DNA of 64,000 nucleotides from an uncultured Acidimicrobiia bacterium (GCA_964516495.1 CAZEZF010000002.1:1231-65230); one strand, 5' to 3'; counted from the first letter of the stretch, positions 29,805 through 39,941 are shown. The notes: generated from the sequence alone by a model not told the origin. Numbers and translations: made by a program.

Positions 29805-31100
29805 ATGGCCGACACGGAGAAAACAACGTACCGCCCTCGGGTGGTCGATAAGGAGTTGGATTGGTTGCTGTCCGGACTTCCGGCTATCAGTATCAACGGT
29901 CCGCGCGCCGTGGGAAAAACCAGCACCGCCCTCCGGCGCGCTCGGACCATCCACAGCCTGGACGACCCCCAGACGTTGGCGCTGACCCTGGCCGATCCCG
30001 GCCGCTTGACAGCCGGGGAGCGTCCGGTGTTGATCGACGAATGGCAACTCTATCCCCCTGCGTGGGATCTGGTACGGCGCGCTGTGGACGCCGACCCTGC
30101 GCCGGGCGGGTTCATTCTCACCGGTTCCACGGCTCCGGAGACACCCCCGACGCACTCTGGCGCCGGACGCATCATCGTGTTGAGGATGAGGCCGATGGCA
30201 TTGAGCGAGCGCGGCCTTGAAGCGTCGACCGTGAGCCTGCGCGCCATGCTGGAAGGGAACCAACCCCCGGTGAAGGGACGGACCGGCGTAGGTCTGGCGG
30301 ACTACGCCCGGGAGATAGTCTCCGGAGGCTTTCCGGGCATGCAACACGCCGACCCCGAACTCCAGTCGGCTTACCTCGACGGCTATCTCGACATGGCTAT
30401 CGACCATGATGTAGCCCTGATGGGTTACCGGGTTCGCCGGCCGGTTATGATGCGACGCTGGCTGGCCGCTTACGCCGCGGCGACTGCAACCACCGCGACT
30501 TACGAGGCCATTCTGGATGCGGCCACTCCCGGAGAGGGCCAGAAACCGGCGAAGACCACGACGGCGGCCTATCGCGACCTACTGGAGGCGATGTGGTTGG
30601 TGGAGCCGGTCTCCGCCTGGCAACCGCGTGGCAATCCCCTACGACGACTCAAGCGGGGGCCGAAACATCATCTGGCCGACCCTTGCCTCGCCGCCCGGCT
30701 GATGGGAGTAACGGAAGCCTCGTTGGTCTCGCCCCTTCCGAAGGAGAGGGCGCATCCTGCTCCGTTTGCCAAAGGTCCTCTGCTGGGCGCATTGTTCGAA
30801 TCGCTGGTTACCCAGAGCGTTCGCGTCTACGCCCAATCTGCCCGGGCGCGGGTGGGCCACCTGCGAACCTGGAATGACGTTCGCGAAGTCGATCTGATTG
30901 TCGAGCGAGAGGACAAGGTGCTCGCAATCGAGGTCAAACTCGTTGCCGCCCCCACTCGTTCCGACACCGCCCACCTACGTTGGCTCGCTGACCAGATGGG
31001 CTCTGAGGTCTGCGATACCATGATCGTGACCACCGGCCGGCACGCCTATCGGGATCAGGACGGAGTAGCCGTGGTTCCCGCCGCGTTGCTAGGTCCCTGA
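29805..31100 (+). CDS. COG1373-type AAA+ ATPase (AAA_14 + DUF4143 architecture)
   Basis: Walker A GPRAVGKTS, Walker B VLIDEWQ, C-terminal DUF4143-like region. Confidence 0.6.
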   Translation: MADTEKTTYRPRVVDKELDWLLSGLPAISINGPRAVGKTSTALRRARTIHSLDDPQTLALTLADPGRLTAGERPVLIDEWQLYPPAWDLVRRAVDADPAPGGFILTGSTAPETPPTHSGAGRIIVLRMRPMALSERGLEASTVSLRAMLEGNQPPVKGRTGVGLADYAREIVSGGFPGMQHADPELQSAYLDGYLDMAIDHDVALMGYRVRRPVMMRRWLAAYAAATATTATYEAILDAATPGEGQKPAKTTTAAYRDLLEAMWLVEPVSAWQPRGNPLRRLKRGPKHHLADPCLAARLMGVTEASLVSPLPKERAHPAPFAKGPLLGALFESLVTQSVRVYAQSARARVGHLRTWNDVREVDLIVEREDKVLAIEVKLVAAPTRSDTAHLRWLADQMGSEVCDTMIVTTGRHAYRDQDGVAVVPAALLGP

Positions 31101-31156
31101 ACTCTCGTCCTTCCTATACAGTCTCCGAGTTGATTCGAGTCGGACCGGGGATCTAC

Positions 31157-31516
31157 CTACAAGCGCACCGCGGGGAGTCGGGTGAGTTCTTCCCTCCGGG
31201 GGTCTACTCGGAATCCACCGGATTCGAGTGCGGTGACGGCGAGGAGCGGTTCCACGCCCTCCTCGCCGAAAACCACGGTGTTTCCGACCAGGACTCCCTC
31301 GAACTCCAGTTCCGCCACGCCGATGGCATAGGTTACGGAACTTCCGTCCGCGAGTTCGTACTCACGGGTGGATCTGGGCTTGATTCCTATCGCCTCGAGA
31401 ACCGATCGCGGTATTACCGAGTCGTAGGCGCCGGTGTCCACCAGGAACCGGCCTGTCCATGACCGACCGAGATCAGCCGGATTCCGAACCGTCACATCAA
31501 CGTGAGTCATCCCCAC
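31157..31516 (-). CDS. Retropepsin-like (clan AA) aspartic protease, copy 2
   Basis: VDTGAYDS motif; 119 aa; duplicated with promoter/RBS region (31517-31595) and 3' flank. Confidence 0.7.
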   Translation of the reverse strand: MGMTHVDVTVRNPADLGRSWTGRFLVDTGAYDSVIPRSVLEAIGIKPRSTREYELADGSSVTYAIGVAELEFEGVLVGNTVVFGEEGVEPLLAVTALESGGFRVDPRREELTRLPAVRL

Positions 31517-31573
31517 AGGTTAACCTCCTTGGCTCCGAAACGTAGTAGTCCATAATAGGGCACTGACATACGA

Positions 31574-34500
31574 TTACAAGGGCACGGAGGCGGGGCGGTT
31601 AGAGATGGTCGGTTCGACGGCCAGCCTTCTGCGCCACTCGACAATCTCTTCCTCATCGAAGTCGAGGGCCATCGCAGCGGCCCGGTCGATGATCCGGCGC
31701 GCCTGACATTCTTGACCTAGCGACAGGGGGAGCATCTCGAGGTCGGCGGCCTGCTCCCATGCCTCCGCGAGGTGTGACCAGGCAGAGTTGTCGGGTCTGG
31801 GTACTCCGACCTGCCGTAGCTGCGCCAACGACCACGATGGATACGTCAGTTTCTTCGTGCGGAGGTTGAGTAGCATGAGTCGGACGGGAGTGGAGTTCCA
31901 CCATGCCACCAACGCCTTGCCTTCCGGTTTCCCGGAGACCGCAACCGGGATCCATCCTGACCCGATGGACGGTGTCGGCGACCAGAGAGCCGTTAGACGC
32001 CCGCTGATAGTGTCGTAACGCTCGGTGACTAGAGTGTGACTGCGCATCTCCCAATACCGACGAGCTAGGTGTGACTTGTCGGCCTTGGGATAGCCTTGAT
32101 GGTCTGGCGTACCCGCCATCCGCCGGTGGATCTTGGCGGCGATTGACCAGAACAGGGGAACTGTCTCCGGGTCTACCTCAGCGGACTTACGATAGGTATC
32201 GCGTATTCCCCGCCCTGATGGGCCGATCCAGTGGTGAAGGCCGATCGGTTCCAAGTTTGGCGACAGGTTGATTAGGTAGGTTGCCTCGGCAAGTTGACCG
32301 TCGAACCACTGCACTGGCGCCCAGTCGCCGGCTTGGACGCGGTCGGCCGGCCAGAACGTGCGGCTGCCCCACTCGGTAGCGTTCCTTTGTGCGATGGCGT
32401 CTGCTGCTGCAAGGGTTTCTTCCGGGCTGGTTGGCATTCTGCGTAACGCGAAGAACTCGGTCTCGGGGGGGGGGTGTTGATTCGACGCGCTATCAGCAGG
32501 CACTCGTGTATGCCGGTGTTCTCGGAGAAGTTTATGCGTTTGGGGTCGTGCGAGGTGATGATCCGTTCGATGTGGAACCGCTTCGCCAAGAAAACACGCT
32601 CTTCCACACCCGACGACCCGATGCAACCTGTCGCCGGAACAACTTTCGCGAGCGTTCCCGCTGTGGTCCCATTCCTGTCAGATGGCGAATCCGTACCCTC
32701 TTCACCCGCGTACGGATCCCGGAGGAGGCGGTCGGCGAGGGGAGTGAAGAAGGTGCTGACGCTGTTGACGTTGACAACCTGTCCGGCTTCATGGTCAGAT
32801 TGGGATAGATGATCGCGCAGGCTCAACTCGTACTGCTGCATCTGTCTCACCTGTTCAGAGGTGTATTGGCGGCCTCGCTTCACGTTGTTGGTGAAAGGTG
32901 GGTTCATGATGACCAGGTCGAGGTTGCCGGTCGGTAGCTCGGTCTCCTCATCGCTCACCTGGGTAGCGCCAAGTCCCAGCCGGGTTGCCAGAGGACGTAC
33001 CAGGCTTGCCAACGAGTCCGCATCTTCGGCGGCGCCGAGAATCTCCAACGAACCGGCTTTGACCTCACCGTCCGGTTGCGGACCGTGTTTCAGGGTGAAT
33101 AAGTTTATCCGTCGGTAGTCAACCGTCGGGGCGCCCAAGGTCAGGTTGCAGGCGGCCATCTGCACGGCGTAGCGGTTGATGTCAAGGCCGTAGATCACGT
33201 TCTCGACCAACGCCTTGTGGAACCCGGCCATGTCGTCCTCGCTCATCTGACGAGCTTCTCGTACACGGGACTTCATCACTTGCAGGGCGGCCATGAGCAG
33301 CGTTCCGGTGCCGCAGGCCGGATCCATGATTCTCAGTCGATTTACCTGTTCGGTGTCGTTCCATTCAACAAAGTCCTCGCTGATGGCGAGCCGGGCCAGT
33401 AGTAGCGCCGAGATGTTGTTGGTGTAATACGAGCCGGTCGCAGCGGCGTTGGGCAGGATGCGGTGGTAGAGCGGTCCGGCATGGTCGTAACCCAACTCGC
33501 TGAGCGAGGTGGCCGTTCGGTTGGCGCACTCGGCGAGTATGCATAGGGCGTGGCTTACGAAGCGCCGCCGGGGTAGGGTGGCGAGAACTGCCACGGCGGG
33601 TTCGAACACCGGTTTGTAGTCCTGTTCCAGGATTTTCTCCCAGTCGCGGACCAACGCCTCGGCGGGGTACTCGTCGCCCGACACCCGGGCCAGGTCGTCC
33701 AGCCAACCCATGTGCGCCACATCGGCCAGCCTACGGTGTAATAGGCAGGCGTTGGCGACCAGGAGTGCGGCGATCTTGCAGATATCGCGCTCGTTCCGGT
33801 CAACGCTCAAGCCCATGGCGGTTGCCAGGTCGGTAGCCAGGTCTCCCTCCTTGAAGAGCCCGGCCGCTCGCCGTACCGCATGGGTGATCTCGTCGGCTAC
33901 CAGCAGACCAGGTGTTCCCAGACCGGAGGAGGCCACCACATGAGCGAAGATGCCGCGTCCGACCTCCTTGAGATCAAGCGTCAACTGATCCGGGATGTAG
34001 TCCTCTTCGGATGACGGGTCGTCTCCGGTCGGTTCCTGGACGGAGACGAAGCGAAGCGGGTCCTCCGCGAGACGCCCGTCGTGGGACTGAAGCGCCCGCA
34101 ATACCTGGCCGACGGCCTTGTAGCCCTGGCTGCCTTCAGAGAGCGCGGTGGTCAGGTCCTCGCCGGGGGAGATCGGGATCGGCACGATTACATACCCGAG
34201 CCGCTTGCCCTCGCTACGCCGCATAACCCGACCAACCGCCTGGACGATGTCCACCTGGCTGTCCCTCGGCTCCATAAAGACAATGGCGTTCAGCGACGGA
34301 ACGTCGACACCTTCGCTGAAGAGCTTCACGTTGCACAGAACCCGGGCGGTGTCGCCGTCGCCGGCTCGACGAAGCTTCCGAAGGGCCTGGTTGCGCTGGA
34401 AGGCGCTGTTGGCGCCGTCGAGATGTTTGGCGTCGATCTTCAAGGAGGACTCGGCGTCGCGTCGACCCCGGCGTACCCGGCGGGTAATGAGAGATCTGAG

Positions 34501-35985
34501 TTCGGGATGCGCCAGAGCTTCGGCGAAGAACTTGGAGCGTTTGATCGAGTTGGCAAAAGCGATGGTGCGGTGTAGTCGCCCCGGGCGCTCCAACGATGCG
34601 CCTTCCGCCACGCCGTTGATAGCCAGGGCGGTTCCCAACAGGCGGGTCGCTTCGGTGCTGGTGACGGTCAGGGGCTTTCCCCGCCCCGTGCTCAGCTGTT
34701 CGCCGAGGGAGACCAGGCGCCTCCACATGCCCTCAGGGACGTCCCGGTCGCGGACGCCGAGCACGATCACCCGGTAGTCGGAGAGCATCTCGTGGTTAAC
34801 GGCGTCTTTGAAGGACAGGAGGTCCAGTTCCGGTCCGTACACCTCCAAGTCGGACATGTCCACCGTCTCGATACCCCGGGCTTTGAGTGAACCGCGAGAC
34901 CTGGCCGTGTAGATACGCGGCGTGGCGGTCATATAGAGGCGTTTGGAAGCTGACAGCAGGTCATCGTGATGCACCGCCTGGAACCCGTTGAAGTCCTTGA
35001 TCTGTGAGCCGGCCCGATCCACGCCGGTGGTGCGATGCGCCTCGTCGCACAGCACCAGATCGAAGGAGGGGGTCTCGTGTTTCTGCTGGGCCTCGGTCAG
35101 GCGCCGGAGTGACTGGTAGGTGGAGAACACCACCCGAGTGTTGCTGGTTTCCGGTTTTGGGGCCATCAAATCGGCCAACTTCTTGGGATCGGAAGTGACC
35201 GCGCATTCGAGTTCGGAGAGCTTGATCTCGTTTCCTTCTCCACGACCTCCGGCGGAACGGTCCGAGCAGACGACCCGGCAGTCGAGAGGTCGGAGGGTGT
35301 GCCGTAGCCACTCCCGCCTGGCCTGCGAGACGAGGGCGATGCTCGGGGCGAGGAACAGGATTCGACCACCGTCGGGAACCACCTGCTCCGCTATCCGGAG
35401 TGCGGTGAACGTCTTGCCCGTGCCGCACGCCATGGTGAGGCGGCCCCGGTGATGGTATTGCAGACCCTTCACGACTTTGTCGATCGCCTCCTGCTGGCGC
35501 GGCCACGGTCGGCGTACCGGGCGACCGTCGCCCGGTACGGTGAGCGGATCGTTCTCATGCCGCAGGAAGTCGATCCGTCGAACGGGTGGCTCAGCCCCTT
35601 CGACAGCCGCCTCGGCTGCCTTTGTCCAATCACTGGTGGCGATAATCCAACGCATGGAGTAGACCGACTGCTGGGTGAAACCAAGGAAAGAGTCGATTGC
35701 CGGCTTCGAGACGCGGGCCTTCTCGGAGTAGCACTTGCATTGAATGGCGATCCATCCGTCGCTTCGATGCCGGGCTACCAGGTCGACTCCCCAGTCGCGA
35801 CCGTCGTGTCCGGTCAACTCCTCCCGTTCCGGCCAGTCCGCCCATCGGTGGACCTTCTCGATCTCGTATTCAGGGTTTGCCAAGAGAACCTGGCTGACAA
35901 GGTTCTCGAACCATCGACCCTTCTCACTCTCGTCACGGCTTTCCCGTCGGATCCGATCCAGCGCCTCGCCAATCGTCGAAACCAT
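31574..35985 (-). pseudogene. Type ISP-like single-polypeptide restriction-modification enzyme (Mrr-cat nuclease - SF2 helicase-like ATPase - gamma-class N6-adenine MTase - TRD), reading frame broken at a C10 homopolymer (phase-variable, pseudogene or sequencing error)
   Basis: Mrr-like D...QCK (GVDLVAR...IAIQCKCY); Walker A MACGTGKT and DEAH box LVLCDEAHR; MTase motif I MDPACGTGTLL and motif IV VIMNPPFTNN; 1237-aa frame degenerates into low complexity after INTPPP while the overlapping 350-aa frame (HPPPETEFFALRRMPTSPEE...) continues as a plausible TRD. Confidence 0.7.
32465..32474. repeat. G10 (C10 on coding strand) homopolymer tract at the frameshift point of the RM gene
   Basis: tctcGGGGGGGGGGtgttga; both overlapping frames translate it as PPP. 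Confidence 0.9.
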
Positions 35986-36184
35986 GTTCTGCCTCCCTGC
36001 CTTCTCGGCAGCGGGTCTCCCTGTACCCGCCCGAGATATGCCCGCCCGAGATTTACCTATAACCGTACGTGATCCGCGATCCAGGCGCCTTCCCGTTCAG
36101 GGTCGGATGGATCACCGCCTCTATTGCGCGACGACGGTTGGAATGTGCAGCGAGGTTGATTCCCGGTCGCCCCGATACAAGGTC

Positions 36185-36345
36185 GAGTTCCCGAAAGGGG
36201 TGACTGGCTACTTGAATGTTTCCGCTAGATTGTCCTCCTACGTCTGCGAAAGACCGATGGAAGGTAGGGCTGTGGTTCATTTTGATGCGTCAGCGAGCCT
36301 TCGTTGCTCCTCCGGCGATTACATCTCCACTCGGGGATCCATCAC
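36185..36345 (+). repeat. Repeat B1: partial duplicate of promoter and 5' end of the 37569 gene (contains a 54-codon remnant ORF 36257..36421)
   Basis: About 80 percent identity to 37497..37650 incl. ttgaatgtttccgctagattgtcctcctacgtctgcgaa and ATGGAAGGTAGG start. Confidence 0.7.
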
Positions 36346-36481
36346 CCCCACCGGCTTGCGACGGTATGTCTATTGGCACATGGAGCATCCGCTTGAGGCT
36401 CGCACCGCTATTGGATGCTGATGTCGGTTCGACTGCGCGGGTCTCGATCCCCGTCCGTCGGGTCATTACCCGATTTCCCTG

Positions 36482-37450
36482 ATGCCTCCCGCGGTCCGGA
36501 TGGGCTTCCAGGTATGGGCACAGCATGTGTCCTGGGCGGAACTGATGGGCGCGGCCACATCGATAGAGGGCCGCGGCTTCGACAGCCTGTGGAGCAACGA
36601 TCACTTCTTTCCGATCGCAGGCTATGAACTCGACGTCAACCAGCGCCTGGAAGGTCCGATCTTCGAGGGATGGACGGTCCTGTCCGGTTTCGTCGCCCAT
36701 ACCAACGCCGTCCGGGTGGGATGTATGGTCTCAGCGGCGGGTTTTCGCAACCCCGGCTTGCTGGTGAAGATGGCAACGAGTCTGGATCATGCGTCGGGTG
36801 GCCGCCTGGTGTTGGGTATCGGCGCCGGATGGTACGAACGGGATCACATAGCGTTCGGGCTCGATCACCCGACAGTCGGAGAGCGTCTCGATCGATTGGA
36901 TGAGACGGTCGTGGCTATCAGAAGGTTGCTCGACGGCGAGACGGTGTCGATGGAGGGTAGATGGGTTCGGATGGTGAAAGCGCGCAACGATCCCCCTCCG
37001 CTTCAGAAGAACATGCCGTTGCTGGTCGGAGGCAGCGGCGAGCGGCGTAGTCTACCGTTAGCGGCTCGGTTCGCCGACTGGTGGAACGGTGAGGGGACCC
37101 CTGAGGAGATCGCCCGCAAGAACGTGCTCCTTGATCGGATGACCGAAGCTGCCGGGAGACGTCCGGCCGACCTCATCAGGACAGTGGGGTTACCCAATCC
37201 GCTAATCCGCAGTTCCCGGGCCGAAGCGGCGGAGGTCGCGGCCGCAATCCTGGCGAGACATGGCATGCCCGCCGGACAGGCGTGTGCTGCGGCCGTCAGG
37301 TCACCCTTGGTCGGGCCCTCGGATCAGGTCGCCGCCTATCTCCGCCGGTACGCGGAAGTCGGCGTAGCCGAAGTGGTCTTCGACTGGCCCTCTCCCTTCG
37401 ATGTGGAAACCCTTGACGCACTGGCGATCCTTCGCCGGGAAATGGGTTGA
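36482..37450 (+). CDS. LLM-class flavin/F420-dependent oxidoreductase
   Basis: FDSLWSNDHFF..., LVLGIGAGW motifs of luciferase-like monooxygenase family. Confidence 0.65.
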   Translation: MPPAVRMGFQVWAQHVSWAELMGAATSIEGRGFDSLWSNDHFFPIAGYELDVNQRLEGPIFEGWTVLSGFVAHTNAVRVGCMVSAAGFRNPGLLVKMATSLDHASGGRLVLGIGAGWYERDHIAFGLDHPTVGERLDRLDETVVAIRRLLDGETVSMEGRWVRMVKARNDPPPLQKNMPLLVGGSGERRSLPLAARFADWWNGEGTPEEIARKNVLLDRMTEAAGRRPADLIRTVGLPNPLIRSSRAEAAEVAAAILARHGMPAGQACAAAVRSPLVGPSDQVAAYLRRYAEVGVAEVVFDWPSPFDVETLDALAILRREMG

Positions 37451-37496
37451 GAGAGAGAGCCGGCCACGTTCGATGCGAGTGGTTTGCCGCGCCTCG

Positions 37497-37650
37497 GAGG
37501 TCCGAAAGGGGTTGGGTGGCTGCTTGAATGTTTCCGCTAGATTGTCCTCCTACGTCTGCGAAGCACCGATGGAAGGTAGGACCGTGGTTTCTCCGATGTA
37601 TCAGGGCGCCTCTGTTGCTCCACTGGCAATTACCGTTCCACTCGGGATCT
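37497..37650 (+). repeat. Repeat B2 (promoter/5' region of hypothetical gene), direct repeat partner of B1
   Basis: See B1. Confidence 0.7.
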
Positions 37651-38327
37651 CTATCCAGGAGTTCTCGACCATCATGGTTGCCATCGGCGGTCTCTACCGA
37701 GAGGTTGGTAAGGCCCTGGGCACTGAGGAGGTAACCGGGCTTCAGGTGAGCAGACATCGGGAGGGAAGCCTGGTGTTGGAGTGTGATCCGCTTCTTAAGG
37801 ATGGTTCCGACCCCTCCGCTGCCAATAGTGTCACCGATGTGCTCCTACAAGAATTGGAAGCGCTTGCGATAGGCAGCAGGTCCGCGAGCTTCAGTCAAGC
37901 CGCACTCAAGCATGCCGCCAAGTTGACCGGAGCTTTCACGGACGAGGGTTCTCAGGTGGTTGTATCAAGCGGTAGCCGATCCGTCTCGTTCGGCGTGGAC
38001 TTCCGCTCCACAGTTCTGGGCTTGGTCAACCGCACGACGGTCAGCTGGGGATCGGTTGAGGGGACGCTGCAAATGATCTCGCTGAGGGGACCTTCACGGT
38101 TCAACCTACACGAAATGCTCACTGACGAGAAGGTGGAGTGCAGATTCGATGCAGACATGCTTGAAACCGCGAGGGCGTCGTTGGGGTATCGAGTTGTTGT
38201 TTCCGGCGAGATCCACAAACGAGGGGGCAAGTTTGAGTACGTCAAGGTAGAGCGCCTGCACGCTCGTCCTCCATCTGACCAACTCCCGGGCTTTGCGGAG
38301 ATCCGCGGGCTGTTTGCTGACGCCTGA
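37569..38327 (+). CDS. Hypothetical protein (253 aa from ATG 37569; track ORF starts 37401)
   Basis: No recognisable domain; start inferred from the conserved ATGGAAGGTAGG shared with repeat B1. Confidence 0.35.
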   Translation: MEGRTVVSPMYQGASVAPLAITVPLGISIQEFSTIMVAIGGLYREVGKALGTEEVTGLQVSRHREGSLVLECDPLLKDGSDPSAANSVTDVLLQELEALAIGSRSASFSQAALKHAAKLTGAFTDEGSQVVVSSGSRSVSFGVDFRSTVLGLVNRTTVSWGSVEGTLQMISLRGPSRFNLHEMLTDEKVECRFDADMLETARASLGYRVVVSGEIHKRGGKFEYVKVERLHARPPSDQLPGFAEIRGLFADA

Positions 38328-38351
38328 TCAAATGCCGGCTGAATTACGATA

Positions 38352-38798
38352 TTGGGATTCTGCATGTTTCTGGCAGTGATGAAAAACGAACCAAAAGGCA
38401 TGGAGTGCGAAGGGGTGATAGAGGCCGCGGAAGCGGGGACTGTTCGGATTGTGACATCCACATGGACCCTTACCGAAGTTATTCGGATTAGGGGGTTGGA
38501 CACCATGACCGAATCCGACGATCATGTGATCAGACGATTCTTTGAACGTGACTATATCGCGCTACGAGCTGTGACAGAGGAGATCGGCCACAAGTCACGA
38601 CGGCTGGTCTGGAAACAACGTTATTCCACCAAGGACGCCATACACATAGCGACCGCCCTGGACGCAAATTGTACCGTCTTCGACACTTTCGACCAGCAGT
38701 TGATCAACCTGGGTGCGCCGACAGGATCTCATCTTCGGATAACGACACCCGATCTACCGAGCCGACCACGCTTGCTGATCAACGGTGCATCTGCATAA
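38352..38798 (+). CDS. PIN-like domain protein (possibly degenerate; N-terminal acidic residue not evident)
   Basis: C-terminal DAIHIATALDANCTVFDTFDQQL resembles PIN motif IV; 24 nt downstream of the hypothetical gene. Confidence 0.35.
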   Translation: MGFCMFLAVMKNEPKGMECEGVIEAAEAGTVRIVTSTWTLTEVIRIRGLDTMTESDDHVIRRFFERDYIALRAVTEEIGHKSRRLVWKQRYSTKDAIHIATALDANCTVFDTFDQQLINLGAPTGSHLRITTPDLPSRPRLLINGASA

Positions 38799-38945
38799 TC
38801 GGTGTTTCCTGATGGCTCCCAGCCAACCGACTTTCGAGGAGCCATCTTCATGGAGAGGCGATCATCTCTGTGGCCCTTCACTGCGGTAGGAAACCGGTCT
38901 TTTATGTTGTGACTCACCGGCCGCCACCCGGAAAAGGGGACCCTA

Positions 38946-39033
38946 AAACAGGGGCGGACCATACTCAAAACGGGCGGTTAGCAGCGCCTCGCAGGTTCTT
39001 GGTGGTTAGCATCCCTTAAACGGCGGTTAGGGC
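38946..39033 (+). promoter_or_regulatory. Array of direct repeats AAAC(G)GGCGGTTAG x3-4 upstream of the coxM-like gene
   Basis: aaaacaggggcggacc / aaaacgggcggttagc / ggtggttagc / aaacggcggttaggg spaced about 20-30 bp. Confidence 0.4.
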
Positions 39034-39068
39034 TACGTCGAGTACCGCCGCGCAGGAGGTGAACCCGC

Positions 39069-39941
39069 GTGAAACCAGCGGTTTTCAATTATTCGGCGCC
39101 GGAGAACATTGCAGAAGTTCTGGATCTTCTCGCCGAACACGGTCCGGAAGCGAAACTACTCGCCGGCGGCCAGAGTCTTGTTCCGATGCTCAACTTCCGG
39201 TTGGCGAGACCGGCGCATCTGATCGACATCAACGGAGTCGAGTCTCTGGCGCACATCTCGTCCAACGGAACGCTGCGGATCGGCGCCATGACCCGTCTGA
39301 CCGAGGTAGGTGAGTCGAGCGTGGTAGCAGCGGCGCATCCGGTTATTTCGGCGGCCGTGTCCCAGATCGGGCACCGGGCGATCCGCAATCGCGGCACGAT
39401 CGGAGGGTCGTTGGCGCACAACGATCCGGCCGCAGAGCTTCCGGCGGTGTTGATGGCTCTGGATGCCGAAGTGACGGCGCGGTCCATGGACGGGGAGCGG
39501 GTGATCGGGATCAGCGACCTCATCGGTGATCGTCTCTTCGACACCACCCTCGCCGACACGGAGTTGCTGACCGAGATCAGCGTTCCGGCGGCCGCTGGTC
39601 GCAGCCGATTCGGGTTTCAAGAGTTTGCCCGTCGCCACGGGGACTTCGCCCTGGCCGGAGTGGCGGTGGTGATCTCCCTCGACGGCGGCGCCATCAAGTC
39701 GGCCTCCCTGGCCGCATTCGGTGGTACCCATGCAGCTCGTCTTCCGTCCGCAGAAGCGGCCCTGGTGGGAGTTGAAGCGACCGGCGCGGCATTCGAAGCC
39801 GCCGGTGAGGCCGCATCGGCGGATTTTCCCACCACTTCGGATGTTCACGGTTCCGGCGAATACCGGAGCCACCTGGTCAAGGTACTTACGGTTCGTGCCC
39901 TTGCGGACGCGGCCGGCAATGCGGGAGGCGGTAATGGCTGA
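39069..39941 (+). CDS. Xanthine dehydrogenase/CO dehydrogenase family FAD-binding medium subunit (CoxM/CutM-like)
   Basis: FAD-binding domain pattern KLLAGGQSLVPMLNFRLARP, 290 aa. Confidence 0.75.
   Translation: MKPAVFNYSAPENIAEVLDLLAEHGPEAKLLAGGQSLVPMLNFRLARPAHLIDINGVESLAHISSNGTLRIGAMTRLTEVGESSVVAAAHPVISAAVSQIGHRAIRNRGTIGGSLAHNDPAAELPAVLMALDAEVTARSMDGERVIGISDLIGDRLFDTTLADTELLTEISVPAAAGRSRFGFQEFARRHGDFALAGVAVVISLDGGAIKSASLAAFGGTHAARLPSAEAALVGVEATGAAFEAAGEAASADFPTTSDVHGSGEYRSHLVKVLTVRALADAAGNAGGGNG

Noticed and set aside
32272-32460. C-terminal ~65 residues of the 1237-aa ORF as genuine protein sequence
   Set aside because: Low-complexity (SSSRYAECQPARKKPLQQQ...) out-of-frame read-through after the C10 tract. 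The overlapping frame carries the plausible continuation.
38946-39033. CRISPR array
   Set aside because: The only short direct repeats here are 10-16 nt with irregular spacing and no cas genes anywhere in the window.
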